DNA from: Azolla caroliniana
Taxonomy: Eukaryota > Plantae > Polypodiophyta
Direction of reading: 5' to 3'
Assembly: GCA_043228905.1 (NCBI GenBank)
Contig: JBHGNT010000004.1
Location: 21,514,001 to 21,578,000, forward strand
Length of the DNA: 64,000 bases
Shown here in pieces: positions 61,244-64,000 of the stretch. A program made the position numbers and the translations under genes. The notes below the pieces were generated by a model, which was not told the DNA's origin, made no database searches, and saw nothing but the letters and a program-made list of their open reading frames with translations. Each line of letters starts with the position of its first letter. Position 1 is the first letter of the stretch.

Positions 61244-62695
61244 TCACCCGAACCATTGTCGCCATCCGATCCACCATATTCTTTGTTCATTCTTTGCATT
61301 GCCATGAGTGGTTGTCATGGTCCCTTGTGGTACTCTTGAGCATCTCGGTGTGTTGTCTCTCTCCACTCCGCGCTTGTCTTCCGTAGGTTCTACCCACGCG
61401 TCGATGTCGACCTCCGAATACGCGCTCGCTGTTAGGTCCTTGTGCGGCTTTAATGCATGCTTTATTTCTCGATGTTGCGCATGCGTCGTATTAGGCCGTA
61501 GCGCATGCTTCGTATTCCATCGTAGTGCATGCGTCGTATTACCCCGTAGTGCATGCTTATTTTTGCACCGTAGCGCGTGCTTCTTTTTGCGCCGTAGCGT
61601 GTGCTTCTCTTTACGCCGTAGCACGTGCTTCTTTTGGTGCCGTAGTGCGTGCTCCGTATTACATGCTTCTCCCATCGTAGACCCGACCTTCGCGTTGTCA
61701 TGCTTTTGTTTACATCGGAATTTCAGACGGATCATCTTCCATCCGAACCGGCTTCCGACTTTACCTTCCTTGTTGCCACCTCCCGTCTCTCCGGTCTCAC
61801 GTTGGTTCTCGGACACAACCGCTGAAGTCTCTAGAATTAGTGGGTAGGAATCCTCGGTATTATCATCTTCCGTTGTTTCACCCATAGCCATGTTCTCCTT
61901 GGCTATCTCTCCTTCGTATGCATCGGCTTCGACCTTCGTTTCGTTGCCGCCACTTTCCTTATCTTCGGTGTTATGTCGACACCCGGGCTCCAGTACCGAA
62001 GTCTCCGAAACAATGGTGAAGGAATCCCTTCGTTCGTGCTCATTTACTTTGTCTTCCTCGTTGCCCTTCCGGTCCTCCACTTTTCCACCGACACATTCCG
62101 TCTCTCCGGTCTCACGTTGGTGCACGGGCACAGCCGCCGAAGTCTCTGGAACCGGTGTGGGGATACCCTTTCGTCCTCGATCTTCCTCCTCCTCGTCCTT
62201 TGTTGGCCTCGACTTTGGTTCGGTTTTAAGCTCCCCTTCAATGTCGACTTGCGACTTTTCATGCATCTCCGAACCCTTCCGCATCAAGCTCTCCTTCGGT
62301 GGTAGTCGGTGGCCGCTTTTCACCCACTGTTGACCGCCGTTCGTGGACCATGTCCTCGTCCGCTTCGGTCTTAGATAGTCATATGTGTCTCGTATAGCTT
62401 CTTCAAAGGACTCCCACATCGGGCTTTGTTGTCGTATCTCGTGGATTCTCTCTTGAAGCTCATCCGTAGCCACCCGGTTGAAAGATAACACTTGCAATCT
62501 TTCTGAGATACCATATCGCAACATCTCCATTTTGTAGTCACGTAGATAGCGTGACACGTCCTTTCCATCGAATTGCCCGTTCTGTTGCACGAGCCGTTGT
62601 ACTACTTTCGTGATCTCCGACATCTCGCGTTGTTCTTGTAGCATTCTCTCGAACATCATCATCATCATGTTCATCGCCTCTTGTTGATTCTCCAT
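61244..62695 (-). CDS. Gag-like protein (~483 aa): capsid-like N-terminus, acidic spacer, basic 8-aa repeats
   Basis: Uninterrupted ORF. FDGKDVSRYLRDYKMEM...WESFEEAIRDTY resembles a Gypsy capsid N-domain. (K/T)HALRxxK repeats at ~61430-61650. Confidence 0.75.
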   Translation of the reverse strand: MENQQEAMNMMMMMFERMLQEQREMSEITKVVQRLVQQNGQFDGKDVSRYLRDYKMEMLRYGISERLQVLSFNRVATDELQERIHEIRQQSPMWESFEEAIRDTYDYLRPKRTRTWSTNGGQQWVKSGHRLPPKESLMRKGSEMHEKSQVDIEGELKTEPKSRPTKDEEEEDRGRKGIPTPVPETSAAVPVHQRETGETECVGGKVEDRKGNEEDKVNEHERRDSFTIVSETSVLEPGCRHNTEDKESGGNETKVEADAYEGEIAKENMAMGETTEDDNTEDSYPLILETSAVVSENQRETGETGGGNKEGKVGSRFGWKMIRLKFRCKQKHDNAKVGSTMGEACNTEHALRHQKKHVLRRKEKHTLRRKKKHALRCKNKHALRGNTTHALRWNTKHALRPNTTHAQHREIKHALKPHKDLTASAYSEVDIDAWVEPTEDKRGVERDNTPRCSRVPQGTMTTTHGNAKNEQRIWWIGWRQWFG

Positions 62696-63320
62696 CTCCT
62701 TGCCACCCGCCTTCACGTCGGGTTCACCAACTGTGTCGTGCCTTTCGGCTTCGGATCGTTTGCGTGAGTCGGGTGGGAACCACCGGGGTTTTGGACTAGG
62801 AAGAGGAGAGTTTTAAGGCTAATAAGAATATAAATATGTTGTAAGAAAGAGTTATAGCAAACTCGTGAATCCCACGAGTGTATTGTATTAGATTAATCAA
62901 TATGAATATAAGAATATAAACTTCGGTTGAAAGAGAATGATATAGAATTCTCGTGAATCCCACGAGTATAGTTTATTAATTGGTGTTTTTTAGAAACATA
63001 TCCAGTTTCCAAATATTTTTCACACCTATTACATTGTGCTCCCCATCCTTATATAGTGATGGGAGAGACTAAGCATAGCTACATGCTTTTTTTCTAATAT
63101 GTTCATGCACACTAAATGTACATGTGATGCTTTTCTAATCCTTGCTTTTATTTGCTAAATATAGTGCTCATGCGCGCTAGATGTACATGAGTCACTTTTT
63201 AGTTGCTTGCGTTTTTCTATAAAATATTCACGCACTCTAAAAATGCACGATTTACCTTTTAATAAAGGTAGGTGCAAATAAAGCACTTATAGTTATTAAA
63301 TCTATTTGTAAAACACTAAA

Positions 63321-63392
63321 GATAAGGTAGCATAATGGTAAGGTTGAGGTTTGTCAACGTGGAGGTGTAGGGTTCGAATCCTGCCCTATGCA
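63321..63392 (+). promoter_or_regulatory. tRNA-like Pol III cassette in the H LTR (copy 2)
   Basis: Identical copy of 60941-61012. Confidence 0.7.
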
Positions 63393-64000
63393 CGTGATAA
63401 ATATTTTGATATTCTTATTTTATTTATTTATATGTAATTAAATCGTTTATATTATTTTTACTTTTTCACGTAGTGTACGAAATACACTACGACAACGCGG
63501 CCACAGTGGCAGAGAAAGAGAAGGAGGTCCTAGACCTACAGGCCGCGCTTGACAATGCGAAAGACTGGAACCACCGGCAGGAGGAAAGAAATCGCCAACG
63601 GGAGGAGAGAATGATTGTGGAGAATGCCAAGCTGTAGAGTTAGTGTACGACCCTTAAAGAAATGGCTGACGAGTTTTTCATCAAATGCAAGCTACTTTCG
63701 GAGCAAAAAGACGAATTATCTTATTCCTACCTCGCCCTACAAGAAGAGAGAATCGTCGAACGGGAACAAGTCCGGGCCGCGTGTCAAAAAGAATGGGAGA
63801 AAGCTACCGAAGAGCTCACCAAGCATTACAAGCAATCTATCCAGCTTGTAACCGCGGACGCAAAGAACACTCAAGCCACCTATGAACTACTCGCAAAGAA
63901 GCTTCAGGCCGAGGTAAACGGCTTAAAAGAGGAATTGGCAGTTGTCCGAGCACAGCCCGGCATGGATGAGATACGCATCAGAATATTGATCGAGAAACAG

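Larger units (their letters stand above)
60354..63494 (-). mobile_element. Young non-autonomous Gag-only LTR retrotransposon H with tRNA-like cassette in the LTRs
   Basis: 761-bp LTRs 60354-61114 and 62734-63494 (2 substitutions seen; TGTCGT...ACGACA). 4-bp TSD ACGC. 18-nt PBS complementary to tRNA-Trp at 62712-62729. PPT GGAGGGGGCGAG at 61115-61126. No pol. Confidence 0.92.
51913..64000 (+). mobile_element. Ty3/Gypsy element G (non-chromovirus type, with extra 3' ORF), runs past the window end
   Basis: 5' LTR ~51913-52410 (TGTTGTCC...GGGTAACA). PBS TGGCATGCCCGGT at 52416, probably tRNA-Arg. Broken gag 52600-54000. Protease CIIDGGSDINVI. RT-RH-IN ORF 55030-57681. Confidence 0.9.
58385..64000 (+). 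pseudogene. Extra sense ORF of Gypsy G (globular N-terminus, Pro-rich linker, coiled coil), split by element H
   Basis: ORFs 58436-59605 and 59575-60353. After removing H and one TSD copy the frame continues ...KLEEYAATVAEKEKEVLDLQAALDNAK... Confidence 0.65.

Overview
Eukaryotic land-plant nuclear DNA. GT-AG introns, plant tRNA primer-binding sites and the retroelement types suggest a non-flowering plant (inference only). The first ~12 kb is a gene island with two convergent genes: the 3' exons of a DHQ/shikimate dehydrogenase-family gene carrying NAD-type/quinate-dehydrogenase-like residues (+), and a complete 15-exon CTR1-like Raf kinase (-). The remaining ~50 kb is a stack of mobile elements. 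It contains a decayed L1-type LINE, a TRIM with an RNA-hairpin array (holding Copia C, which holds an intact Copia A), a decayed Gypsy D, an hAT MITE, Copia F (holding Copia B and Gypsy G), and a young Gag-only LTR element H inside G. Two items stand out. (1) A Penelope-like RT element inside Gypsy D has no recognisable endonuclease, carries a minimal dimer-type hammerhead ribozyme and (CCCTAA)n-like repeats, and inserted with a target deletion and no TSD. (2) Element H has a tRNA-like Pol III A/B-box cassette in both LTRs, a tRNA-Trp PBS and a 4-bp TSD. All boundaries and identities were read by eye; no searches were run.
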